From Mariniblastus sp. (GTDB lineage Bacteria > Planctomycetota > Planctomycetia > Pirellulales > Pirellulaceae): DNA of 64,000 nucleotides. The notes under the pieces were generated by a model. The model had not been told where the DNA came from, ran no database searches, and saw nothing but the letters and a program-made list of their open reading frames with translations. How positions within the stretch are numbered: position 1 is the stretch's first letter; every line of letters starts with the position of its first letter. The position numbers and the translations under genes were made by a program. Positions 10,282 to 20,051 of this stretch are shown here, piece after piece. The stretch spans positions 564 to 64,563 of the forward strand of contig JAQXDZ010000039.1 of assembly GCA_029251085.1 (NCBI GenBank), read 5' to 3'.

Positions 10282-11004
10282 AACACCCTATTTTAAACAC
10301 ACTCGTTATGGACTTTTGTACGGATCGACATCCCGCTTGAACCAGGCCCTGACGCAGGTCCAAAACCTCGCGGGCTAAGGCTTATCGGCGAACAGATTAC
10401 CATATCACCTCCGCCAATCCAATGGTTTCGAAACGCTCCTCATCGAATGCCTCAGTCAAAACAAGAACACCCAACCCGCCAAAGCATTTTCAAGGGATTT
10501 GGTATGCCAGGTTCCACACGGTTGGTAGGTTTCCCGTTCCGATTCCCGTATTCGGTAAAATTCGCCCTTCGAATTTGGAGAGTGAGCTGGATTTAACAGT
10601 TCCGCCACACAAATCATGATTGCCGACATCACACAGTACCTCAAAGCGCTTGGATACGTCCGGGAACCGTCGACTTTACAAATGAAGCTCTGTTTTCGCT
10701 TGCCAATTTTATCTTTCAGCAAACGCGTTTTCCTTAGTAACGACTTGAAAAGCGGTGATTGTATCCATCAGGATTGTCCGTTTCAGCCTACCGGCCACCA
10801 GCTCGGCATCCGTGGAACCGATGGCATCGCTCAAATTCTCCTCAAAAACTGCTGAATTGCGTATTGAATCCCACACCCTAGTGAATCTCCAGCCTGACTA
10901 GAAAATATATCGTTTGACATATATGCCTTTAAAACCCATCAAATACCGCATAATCCGCCTTCTTTCATTTCAAAAACCAACAAAAAAATGCAGATGACAT
11001 TGTG

Positions 11005-11032
11005 ATTAAACAAGTGTTTAATACAGTTGTTT
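11005..11032. promoter_or_regulatory. Putative TetR operator (palindrome plus an overlapping degenerate copy)
   Basis: ATTAAACA-AG-TGTTTAAT is a perfect 8-bp-arm palindrome at 11005-11022, followed by ATACA-GT-TGTTT, about 90 nt upstream of the TetR gene. Confidence 0.65.
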
Positions 11033-11116
11033 GGAAAACAGATGCCATGAGATTCTTCGGAATCGGCAAATCCTCCCAAATTTAGGGGGCAGTACTGTCT
11101 CGGATCAATATTTCGC

Positions 11117-11803
11117 ATGGCTCCAATTCCTCAAAATTCAACCTCTGGCGACTCCACACGCGAGCGGATTCTAATGGAAGCCGGGCCAATTTTTGCCGGC
11201 AAGGGATTTCGAGCGACCACCGTTCGTGAAATATGCGAACAAGCGAACGTGAATGTGGCAAGCATCAACTACTACTTCGGAGATAAGCGACAACTTTATC
11301 ACCAGACAGTCGTTCTTGCCCGGGAAATGCGGGTGGAACAGGTTCCCGAACCAAATTGGGATGCTTCGACTGATCCCGAACAGAAGCTGCTCGACTTTAT
11401 CACACTCATTCTACGTCGTTTGGTAGCGATGCAGACTGAACCTTGGCAGGTTCGTTTGTTAATGCGTGAGATTCTTGAACCTACCGAAACCTGCAAGCAT
11501 CTTGTGGAGGAATATTTCCGGCCATTTTTCAATACATTGTGCGGAATTATTGACGACATCGTGGGGTATCGGTTGCCTGAACCAACACGAAACAAAATTG
11601 GTTTTAGCATCATCGGACAGTGTCTGTATTATCGTTTTTCAGCCGAGATGACTCGACTCATGATCGAGCAACAGGACTACGTAGATCAGTACGATCTCGA
11701 CAACTTGGCCCAGCACATTTATCTCTTCTCGTTGGGCGGCTTAAAACATTACCAAACGCTCGACGAACTGGCCCTCAAGGATGCCAAGCCCGCCGACCAT
11801 TAA
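11117..11803 (+). CDS. TetR/AcrR family regulator with CecR/CerR-type C-terminal domain
   Basis: HTH TRERILMEA..IFA.KGF.ATTVREIC..ANVNVASINYYFGDK and C-terminal SIIGQCLYY. Confidence 0.9.
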   Translation: MAPIPQNSTSGDSTRERILMEAGPIFAGKGFRATTVREICEQANVNVASINYYFGDKRQLYHQTVVLAREMRVEQVPEPNWDASTDPEQKLLDFITLILRRLVAMQTEPWQVRLLMREILEPTETCKHLVEEYFRPFFNTLCGIIDDIVGYRLPEPTRNKIGFSIIGQCLYYRFSAEMTRLMIEQQDYVDQYDLDNLAQHIYLFSLGGLKHYQTLDELALKDAKPADH

Positions 11804-11870
11804 ATGAAATCACCAGTAACTATGCTGAGCGAAAACCGCGAAAGCTATTTTAGACAGACCCTACTAAGAC

Positions 11871-13499
11871 ATGCCAAACACAACTGCCGAATCTTTACCA
11901 AAAACTGATACGTCTCAGAATTCAAATGCACATGACGAAGATCGCTTGATTAGTGGGTCTCAGTCATCGGAGGTTGAACGCGAAGTGGCTTCCGCCGAAT
12001 TATCGCGAGATTCACAGCACGGGAAACCTTTTAAGATGAACGAAGTATTCAAGTATATTTTCTCCGTTGTCATTCTTTCTGTCGGTATCGGTGTGATTGC
12101 CTACGTAATGGCAAACAAGAGCGCCGTGCCCGAAGCCAAGCCAGAATCAGTAGCCCAAAAGATCAAAGTTGAAAATGCTAAGCCGTTTTACGGAGATCTA
12201 ACACGAGCCATTTCAGGAACCGTCGTTCCCTATCGAGAAATCAAAATCGCCGCTCAGGTGAGTGGTGTGGTTACTAAAAAATGGCCCGTTCTTGAGGCAG
12301 GGACGAAAGTAACCGATGGCGAACCGCTTATCGAGATCGACCCACAGCTTTACGAGATTCAGCTAGAAACTGCCAAGGGAGAAATGCAACAGGCGAAAGA
12401 TCAGGTCACTGAAATTGACAATGAGATAAAAGGCATTGAAAACCTGAGAGAAAATACGATGAAAGAAATTAGTCTCGTCACTGACGAATACAAACGCATT
12501 TTCGCTGTCGGCACCAAATCAGAAAAAACACAAGCCGAGCGTTCCCGACTTGTCGCTGAAAATTCACTCACCAATCTCGAGAACAATCTCGCAAATTTAA
12601 GAGCAAGAAAAGTCCGAATGGTGACGTCCCAAAAGGTAGCTGAACAAAAATTAAAGAGAGCGGAGCTAGACAAAGTCAGAACCGAGATCATCGCTCCCAT
12701 CGCGGGCGTGGTTGTCCGCGAGATGGTTCAGCAAGGTGATTACGTTCGCGCTGGCGATCCATTGCTTATTCTTGAAGATACCGAAAAAGCTGAAATCATT
12801 ACGAATTTAACGCCGACTGATCTTGTTTGGTTAAAAACAAATTCTCAAAACCCTCCCGCGGAAACTGGTGTCGAGATCGTAACCGATAACTTTGGGATCC
12901 CCCAAACGAACGTTCGGATTACCGACCCGGATCTTTTACAACTTTCTAAATTGGACAACCCAACCGACATATCGCACTGGCAGGGACAATTGGTAAGCAT
13001 CAACGGAAGCGGACAAGACGAAGCAACAAGAACCACACCTTGTCGAATTTTAGTGGAAGATCCAATTTACGAACTGAACAGCGAGGATCCGAGCGCCCCA
13101 AAATTCCCACTGGTAAGAGGCATGTATGTGAAATTAAAAATGGTCATACCTGTTAGCGCAAGCGTTGGCGAAGGTGGTTATTTCAGCGTACCGGCCAAAG
13201 CATTAAGTGACACTGGCGAGTTTCTTTGGGCAGTCGAAGGCTCTGACTTAGACAATGCGACCACCCAACAGAAACTCCACAAAATTAAAGTCGAAGTTGT
13301 CGATCGCAGCGGCGGTGGAGACTACGCCGTCATCAAAAGGACGAATGATCTGAAAGAAAGCTTCCATATTATCGTTGGCCCCTTTGATGAAGTCAGGGCA
13401 AACGTCCGAGCAAATCTTGCGAATGAGGAAGAAGGCAACCTGGCAATTTTTAAATATGAACAACAGGCGTCAAGCAATCAGTCATCCACCACGAATTAG
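11871..13499 (+). CDS. RND efflux periplasmic adaptor (membrane fusion protein)
   Basis: Single N-terminal TM, biotinyl-lipoyl halves (I.AQVSGVV; TEIIAPIAGVV...GDYVRAGDPL) and a long coiled coil. Confidence 0.88.
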   Translation: MPNTTAESLPKTDTSQNSNAHDEDRLISGSQSSEVEREVASAELSRDSQHGKPFKMNEVFKYIFSVVILSVGIGVIAYVMANKSAVPEAKPESVAQKIKVENAKPFYGDLTRAISGTVVPYREIKIAAQVSGVVTKKWPVLEAGTKVTDGEPLIEIDPQLYEIQLETAKGEMQQAKDQVTEIDNEIKGIENLRENTMKEISLVTDEYKRIFAVGTKSEKTQAERSRLVAENSLTNLENNLANLRARKVRMVTSQKVAEQKLKRAELDKVRTEIIAPIAGVVVREMVQQGDYVRAGDPLLILEDTEKAEIITNLTPTDLVWLKTNSQNPPAETGVEIVTDNFGIPQTNVRITDPDLLQLSKLDNPTDISHWQGQLVSINGSGQDEATRTTPCRILVEDPIYELNSEDPSAPKFPLVRGMYVKLKMVIPVSASVGEGGYFSVPAKALSDTGEFLWAVEGSDLDNATTQQKLHKIKVEVVDRSGGGDYAVIKRTNDLKESFHIIVGPFDEVRANVRANLANEEEGNLAIFKYEQQASSNQSSTTN

Positions 13500-13578
13500 T
13501 TAACAAGTGGGTTCCCCTACGGGTCAAGCCACCAACGCACAAACATCAAACAAAACTCTCCACAAATTTGGTAATTGA

Positions 13579-16500
13579 ATGAAATCCGTTATACGCTGGG
13601 CTATTAAGAATTCGCCCGCGATGAACACGCTTTTAATTGTCTCGATGCTCATCGGCGCAGCCAGCATGGTCGTCATGCGTCGCGAAGTTTTTCCAAATTT
13701 CGCGCTAGAGATTGTGTTGGTAAGTGTGCCATTCCCTGGTGCGACCCCGGAAGAAACAGAGGTTGGCATTTGCCAGAAAATTGAATCGGCAGTATCTAAC
13801 TTGGACGGCGTTAAAAAAATGACGTCCGTGGGGATGGAAAGTTTTGGCTATGTCATTCTCGAACTCAACAACAACGTGAGTGATGTTCAAAAAGTGCTCA
13901 ATGACGTCCGGTCGTCGATAGATCAAATCTCCACCTTTCCTCCGAATGCCGAAGATCCTGAAGTAAAACAGATTATTTTTCGCGCGCCCGCGATCTCCTT
14001 GGGGATTCTTGCGCCCGAACGGAGCGAGGAATCGACTCTCGCACAACAAAGGGAGTTACGGGACATCGCTGAACGGGTGCGCGCTGATTTACTCGAACAG
14101 CGCGCGGTGAAGTCAAGCAATCCGTTTCGGAAAATGCTATCTTTTCTTTATCAACCCAAAGGCTCAGCAATCTCAAGTGCCGAAATTGTCGCCGCCCAAC
14201 CCTTTGAAATTTCAGTAGAGGTCTCGGAGGACAATCTTAGGAAGTACGGCCTCAGCCTCGACCAGATCGCTCAGATCATCCGGCAGCAAAACTCGGATAT
14301 GCCTGGCGGCACGATGCAAACTGAACGGCAAAAGTTAATTCTTCGCAGTGAAAAAAGAAAAGAACTTGGCGAAGAAATCGGGAAACTCCCCATCATGTCC
14401 AATGGTGGAAATGGCATTCCGATCGCCGTCGCTGACGTTGCGGAAGTCATCGATGGTTTCGCAGAAACATCCTCCATGCATTCAATCAATGGACGCGACG
14501 CACTGGTCATTCGAGTTTCAAAAACCAATGAAGAAGATCTCTTCACCATCGTCGAAGCTGTAAAAGCTTATGTCGCAAAAGCCGAAAATGAGGAGGCTTT
14601 CAGTGCGGGCGGATACCAGATCAAACAATGGGGTGACGTTTCGGTAGACGTACGAGACCGGATCGAAATGCTGAGTGCCAATGGGATCATGGGACTCGTT
14701 GCCGTGTTCGTTGTGTTGGCGATTTTTCTCGACCTCCGCCTTGCCTTTTGGGTCGCGATGGGGATTCCTGCGTCAATTCTTGCGGCCGGTTTTATCCTGT
14801 TAGTCACCGGGCAAACGCTTAACATGCTCTCAATGTTCGCTTTTTTAATGGCATTAGGAATCGTGGTAGACGACGCGATTGTCATCGGTGAGAACATTTA
14901 TGCGAAACGCGAAGAGGGATTCGATTTCATTAACGCCGCTGTCTATGGAACGGCCGAAGTCTTGCCCGCCGTCTGTGCCTCTGTTGGGACAACGATCATA
15001 GCGTTCATGCCGCTGATGTATGTTACAGGAGTCATGGGGAAATTTATCGAAATTATGCCAGTCGCGGTGATTGCCATGCTGGTTATTTCGCTAATCGAAA
15101 GCACCTTTATTCTTCCCGCTCACTTGTCTCATGATAAAAATTTATTCATGCGTGCCATGGGAGCTATCTTTTATGTATTCAAACCGTTATTGAAAGCGTT
15201 TGAGAAAGTTAATCGTTTCTCAACGCGGGCGATGGAACTTACCATCGACTATTTTTACGAACCGCTCCTCAAGTGGTCGCTTCACCATAAGTCAATTGTG
15301 ATTTCTACAGTGCTAACGTCCTTCATGTGTTCGGTCGCGTTGGTGCTGTATGGCCTCGTCCCTTACTCGGTAATGCCAAAGATGGATGGCAGAGACATCA
15401 GCGCGACGATCGTGTTTCCCAATGGAACCCAGGAACAATTTGCAGCGGATGCAGTGAATGTTCTTTCAGATACATTTAAGGAAGTAGACGCAGATATTCG
15501 CACGGACCTCGCTGAGTACGGGATCGATGTCCCCGCCGATTACAGTGTTAACACAAACATTTACCGGCGAGTCGGCGAAGTCGGCAATGGTAACCTCGGC
15601 CCGATGGGAGTGACCAACGGCAGTCACGTCGGAAGCGTCGAGGTTCAATTAATCAACGCCGAATTAAGAAACTTCGCTAAATTACCCACTGAGAAGAAGC
15701 TTACCAGCGAAAATATCAATGGGCGCTGGCGAAAGAAGATATACGAGAAAGACCAAATTTCTGGATACGACGCACTCAAGTTCGGCATGCAGTCGATGGG
15801 ACCGGGCGGTGCGGCTATCGAGTTCAAGATCCTTTCCGACAAGAAAGGCGTCCCCTACCTCGACGAAGCGATTCAGGAATGCAAGTCGTATCTTGCAACG
15901 AAGCAAGGAGTAAAAGATATTGAAGACGATAGTCGACCAGGCAAACGCGAAGTCATGCTTAGCCTAAACGAACTGGGACAGAATCTTGGTCTCGATGAAG
16001 CCGCACTTTCGTCCACCATTCGATCGGGTTACTTCGGCGCCGAGGTGATGCGACTGCAACGCGGCCGCCACGAAGTCAAACTAATGGTTCGGTATCCCTA
16101 CGAAGATCGCAAAAGCATGAGCGGGTTCGAACAGATTCGTATCCGCGATAATCAGGGTGTAGAACGCCCATTGATCGAAGTTGCCAATATCGACGTACAG
16201 CAATCTGCATCTGAGATCAACCGACTCGACCAGAAACGAAGTGTCACCGTTTCCGCAGATGTTGATTCGACCGAAGGCAATTCTTACGAGATCATTGCCG
16301 AAATGCAGCGGACGATGATTCCGGTCCTGGTGGAGAAATTCAGGGCAGAGGACAAGGGCGAAATCTCATTCAACTGGGAAGGCGAACAGGCTCAGAATCA
16401 GGAATCGATTACCAGCATGTTCACTGGTTTTGGAATCGCTCTGCTATGTATGTTCGTACTGCTAACCTTGCAGTTCCGTTCCTACGTTCAACCTGCCATT

Positions 16501-17028
16501 ATTTTGGCAATCATCCCATTTGGATGGCTCGGGGCTATCCTTGGACATTACGTCGTTGGTATCAACTTAAGTTTGTTTAGCTTTTTCGGACTTATTGCTC
16601 TCACGGGTGTCGTCGTTAATGACTCGATTGTCCTCGTGGATTTTATTAACCGAAAGCTTCGATCTGGCGTTAAACTAGAGGACGCGCTTTTGAGTGCTGG
16701 TCGACGGCGGTTTCGCCCAATCATGTTAACTTCGATGACGACAATCGCTGGGCTGACTCCAATTATTTGGGAGACCTCGATGCAAGCGCAGGTTTTAATT
16801 CCGATGGCGACCAGTATCATTTTCGGATTGCTTACCGGAACGTTGCTGATTCTGATCCTCGTGCCGATTTTCTACCACATCTACGGTTCCATGTTATTGA
16901 AAATGGGTTTCGACTTGTACAATTCCGAAGAAGAATTTGAGGACTCGGTTCCAACGGATAAAAAAGAATCAAACGCAGGTGATTCTCCCCTCGACGCATC
17001 TCCGACAGGTGAACTGTCGCCAGTTTAA
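13579..17028 (+). CDS. RND efflux permease (AcrB/AcrD/AcrF family)
   Basis: 1149 aa with two TM blocks; LGIVVDDAIVIGENI, GVVVNDSIVLVD and RRFRPIMLTSMTT. Confidence 0.95.
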   Translation: MKSVIRWAIKNSPAMNTLLIVSMLIGAASMVVMRREVFPNFALEIVLVSVPFPGATPEETEVGICQKIESAVSNLDGVKKMTSVGMESFGYVILELNNNVSDVQKVLNDVRSSIDQISTFPPNAEDPEVKQIIFRAPAISLGILAPERSEESTLAQQRELRDIAERVRADLLEQRAVKSSNPFRKMLSFLYQPKGSAISSAEIVAAQPFEISVEVSEDNLRKYGLSLDQIAQIIRQQNSDMPGGTMQTERQKLILRSEKRKELGEEIGKLPIMSNGGNGIPIAVADVAEVIDGFAETSSMHSINGRDALVIRVSKTNEEDLFTIVEAVKAYVAKAENEEAFSAGGYQIKQWGDVSVDVRDRIEMLSANGIMGLVAVFVVLAIFLDLRLAFWVAMGIPASILAAGFILLVTGQTLNMLSMFAFLMALGIVVDDAIVIGENIYAKREEGFDFINAAVYGTAEVLPAVCASVGTTIIAFMPLMYVTGVMGKFIEIMPVAVIAMLVISLIESTFILPAHLSHDKNLFMRAMGAIFYVFKPLLKAFEKVNRFSTRAMELTIDYFYEPLLKWSLHHKSIVISTVLTSFMCSVALVLYGLVPYSVMPKMDGRDISATIVFPNGTQEQFAADAVNVLSDTFKEVDADIRTDLAEYGIDVPADYSVNTNIYRRVGEVGNGNLGPMGVTNGSHVGSVEVQLINAELRNFAKLPTEKKLTSENINGRWRKKIYEKDQISGYDALKFGMQSMGPGGAAIEFKILSDKKGVPYLDEAIQECKSYLATKQGVKDIEDDSRPGKREVMLSLNELGQNLGLDEAALSSTIRSGYFGAEVMRLQRGRHEVKLMVRYPYEDRKSMSGFEQIRIRDNQGVERPLIEVANIDVQQSASEINRLDQKRSVTVSADVDSTEGNSYEIIAEMQRTMIPVLVEKFRAEDKGEISFNWEGEQAQNQESITSMFTGFGIALLCMFVLLTLQFRSYVQPAIILAIIPFGWLGAILGHYVVGINLSLFSFFGLIALTGVVVNDSIVLVDFINRKLRSGVKLEDALLSAGRRRFRPIMLTSMTTIAGLTPIIWETSMQAQVLIPMATSIIFGLLTGTLLILILVPIFYHIYGSMLLKMGFDLYNSEEEFEDSVPTDKKESNAGDSPLDASPTGELSPV

Positions 17029-17084
17029 GCTTGGCGAGCACATTTTCCCTACCTGAAGTACGGAATTAAGAGATTGAAGAACGA

Positions 17085-17327
17085 CTAGTAACCTAGTCGT
17101 TTTTCGATGGCCTTCGCGCGGGGGTCGACACCGGCACTTTCACCAAATTTGGCGGTCCAAAAATTGGTTTTTTGTTTCGCTGCTTTTTCGCTAGTTGGGT
17201 CCAGTAAATCGTCAGCTTCTTCTACTAAATCAGATTCTCCAAATAGCGGCGACGACCAGTTTTTGGTCATACAACCAACACTGGCGATAATTAAACAAAA
17301 TAAACAAGCCATCGTGAAAAAACGCAT
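17085..17327 (-). CDS. Small lipoprotein
   Basis: Signal peptide with lipobox SVGC; C-terminal GVDPRAKAIEKRLGY; GAGG-type RBS upstream. Confidence 0.7.
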   Translation of the reverse strand: MRFFTMACLFCLIIASVGCMTKNWSSPLFGESDLVEEADDLLDPTSEKAAKQKTNFWTAKFGESAGVDPRAKAIEKRLGY

Positions 17328-17590
17328 AATGATCCCTCATATGTATTCGATTTTTCATATCGGAAAACCACTCTTGTCCCGGTGACGGGCAGGCGGACTA
17401 TTTCAGAATCGCCTCACGGTGTCCAGCCTGTTTTTGCAGAACAAAAATACTTGAGGGAATAATCAAAAACACCGGTTTTTCGAAAACTAATTTGCAAGCA
17501 CTTTCATTAACGTGATACAGTCAATCCTTCCGGGGGCCTCTCCGAATCAATTGCCGGACGGCAAAAGCCGCATCGTAAAAGGTACACATT

Positions 17591-19156
17591 ATGAAATTTA
17601 CGCATCGTTGCTTTATCTCTGCCGGGATTGCCCTACTGTGTTTGAGCGCTTCTGCCGACGAACGCCCTAACGTCTTATTCATTATCGCCGACGACGCTTC
17701 CCGTGACAGCATGGGAGCTTATGGAAGCACCTACATTGAAACCCCGAACTTCGACCGAATCGCCAAAGAAGGTGTCCTTTTCACCCAAGCATATAATTGC
17801 AATCCGAAATGCGCGCCAGCGCGGGCGTGCCTGCTGACAGGTCGGTACTCGTGGCAATTAAAAGAGGCATGCAATCACAATCCATTTCTTTCAGATGAAT
17901 GGGCATTTTATCCATTTCTATTGGAAGACGCCGGCTACTTTGTTGGCTTTACTGGAAAGGGTTGGGGGCCGGGGATCTACCGCGGAATCGACGGTGGACC
18001 CGCTCGGTTCAAACAGCTCAACCCTGCTGGGCATCCATTCAATGATAAAACCAGTCGACCACCCTACAAGGGAATCAGCAACGTTGATTATGGCGCGAAT
18101 TTTGAAGAGTTCCTCAATCGACGTCCTGAAAACCAACCGTTCTGTTTCTGGCTTGGCACCAAAGAGCCTCATCGTGGTTACGGGAAGGACAATTGGAAAT
18201 TGGATGGGCGTGATTTATCCAAAGTTCAAGTCCCCGCTTACTATCCTGACAACCTTACGATTCGAGGCGACCTGGCAGATTACGCCATCGAAGTCGAATG
18301 GTACGACCGGCATATCGGACTAGCTTTGCGTCAACTGGAGCAGCGAAACCTGCTTGAAGACACCGTAATCATCGCAACCTCCGATCACGGGATGCCGTTC
18401 CCACGCGTCAAAGGCCAAATTTACGACGACGGGTTTCATGTACCACTAGCCGTACGGTGGGGTGCCCAAATATTACCCAAAAGAACAGTAACCGATTTTG
18501 TATCGTTTCCTGATGTAGCACCAACTCTCATGGACATCGCTGGAATCCCAATTCATCCGCAGATGACTGGCAAAAGTTTTAAAAAACAACTGCTGTCCGC
18601 CCAATCCGGACGCATTGACCTCGAACGTGACCACGCCCTCCTAGGAAAAGAGCGGCACGACATTGGTCGCACCGATGGAGATCGCCTCTCGGTATCTTAT
18701 CCCTCCCGAGCAATTCGAACAGATCGCTATCTATTCGTTTACAACTTCAAACCAAACCGATGGCCGGGGGGCGATCCGCAATACGGTCTGCTGAACTGCG
18801 ATTCCTCACCTACCAAAACCTATCTCCAATCCATTTTGAAATCAGACCCAGAGTACCGATTTTATGAAATGAGTTTTGGCAAACGACCGCAGGAAGAACT
18901 GTTCGATGTCGTCAACGACCCCGATTGCATCAATAATCTGGCTGATGATCCTCAGCATCAAAAAATTAAAAATCGTTTGTGGAACCAATTAAAACAAGAA
19001 TTAACCTCTCAAGAAGATCCGCGTATTTTAGGGAATGGTGATATTTTTGATTTTTACCCCAACTGCCGAATTGAAAAACAACAGGAACTTTACAACAAAC
19101 CGAAGTACAATCCTGTCAAGATATTTAACTCAAAATATGGTTCTGGTAAAAAATAG
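17591..19156 (+). CDS. Exported sulfatase (N-sulfoglucosamine sulfohydrolase-like)
   Basis: Signal peptide, RPNVLFIIADD, CAPARACLLTGR, EPHR, SDHGMPFPRVK and ERHD. Confidence 0.9.
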   Translation: MKFTHRCFISAGIALLCLSASADERPNVLFIIADDASRDSMGAYGSTYIETPNFDRIAKEGVLFTQAYNCNPKCAPARACLLTGRYSWQLKEACNHNPFLSDEWAFYPFLLEDAGYFVGFTGKGWGPGIYRGIDGGPARFKQLNPAGHPFNDKTSRPPYKGISNVDYGANFEEFLNRRPENQPFCFWLGTKEPHRGYGKDNWKLDGRDLSKVQVPAYYPDNLTIRGDLADYAIEVEWYDRHIGLALRQLEQRNLLEDTVIIATSDHGMPFPRVKGQIYDDGFHVPLAVRWGAQILPKRTVTDFVSFPDVAPTLMDIAGIPIHPQMTGKSFKKQLLSAQSGRIDLERDHALLGKERHDIGRTDGDRLSVSYPSRAIRTDRYLFVYNFKPNRWPGGDPQYGLLNCDSSPTKTYLQSILKSDPEYRFYEMSFGKRPQEELFDVVNDPDCINNLADDPQHQKIKNRLWNQLKQELTSQEDPRILGNGDIFDFYPNCRIEKQQELYNKPKYNPVKIFNSKYGSGKK

Positions 19157-19233
19157 CATACGGCGATCGAAAATTCTCCCGAACGCACCTTGTCCAGTAC
19201 ACCCAAGCTTCTCGACAATGCAAAGTCTCCTCT

Positions 19234-19947
19234 ATGAATTCTGAACTAATCCCTACAAAGCTAGACGCATTAATCGTTGCCCCCCATCCTGACGACGCGG
19301 AATTGGGAATGGGAGGTGCCATACTGGGCATGTTAAAAGCCGGTTTAAAAATTGGAATTCTCGACCTCACCAATGGCGAACCTACCCCTTTTGGATCTCC
19401 GGAAATTCGTGCCCGAGAAACAAAAGCTGCAAGCGATGTCCTTGGAGTTACCTGGCGTCACAATTTAGGCTTACCCAACCGTAGCCTAGAGCCTACTCTC
19501 GACGCTCGAGAAAAACTCGCAGGCATCTTTCGACAAACCAAACCTCGTTGGATATTTGCACCCTATTGGCATGACGCGCATCCAGATCACCTCGCAGCAA
19601 CTCAACTCGTCGAGGCTGCAAGATTTTGGTCCAAGCTATCCAAAACGGAAATGCCAGGCGAGCCTTATCACCCCGAACGAATCTATAACTACTACTGTGT
19701 ACATTTAAAAATGCACGCCAATCCCAAATTTGTTTTAGACATCAGCCAGTATTGGGATAGAAAACTCCAGTCCATCCAATGCTACCACAGCCAGTTTATC
19801 CAAGGACGAGAGCATCTCGATCCACAGTTCATCGAACAAATTCGCGACGAAGCCGCGTATTGGGGTAAGTCGATTGGCGTAAAGTACGGTGAACCTTTCA
19901 CTTCCCGAGAACCACTCGGAGTGACAGACTTTGGGTCCCTCATCTAA
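19234..19947 (+). CDS. bshB1: PIG-L family deacetylase, BshB1-like
   Basis: APHPDDAELGMGG, DLTNGE, R..E...A and D.HPDH. Confidence 0.75.
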   Translation: MNSELIPTKLDALIVAPHPDDAELGMGGAILGMLKAGLKIGILDLTNGEPTPFGSPEIRARETKAASDVLGVTWRHNLGLPNRSLEPTLDAREKLAGIFRQTKPRWIFAPYWHDAHPDHLAATQLVEAARFWSKLSKTEMPGEPYHPERIYNYYCVHLKMHANPKFVLDISQYWDRKLQSIQCYHSQFIQGREHLDPQFIEQIRDEAAYWGKSIGVKYGEPFTSREPLGVTDFGSLI

Positions 19948-19971
19948 CGATCTGTTTGGTGGAAAGGCAAT

Positions 19972-20001
19972 AAAAAAAGCCACGGATTAACCGCAGCTTT
20001 T
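19972..20001 (-). terminator. Intrinsic terminator downstream of the VWA gene (possibly bidirectional)
   Basis: Minus strand AGCTGCGG-TTAAT-CCGTGGCT followed by a T-run, between convergent genes. Confidence 0.6.
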
Positions 20002-20051
20002 ATCGACTCAAACAGATTCGAAAAACGCAATTCGCTGTAAGCCAGAAAGCG

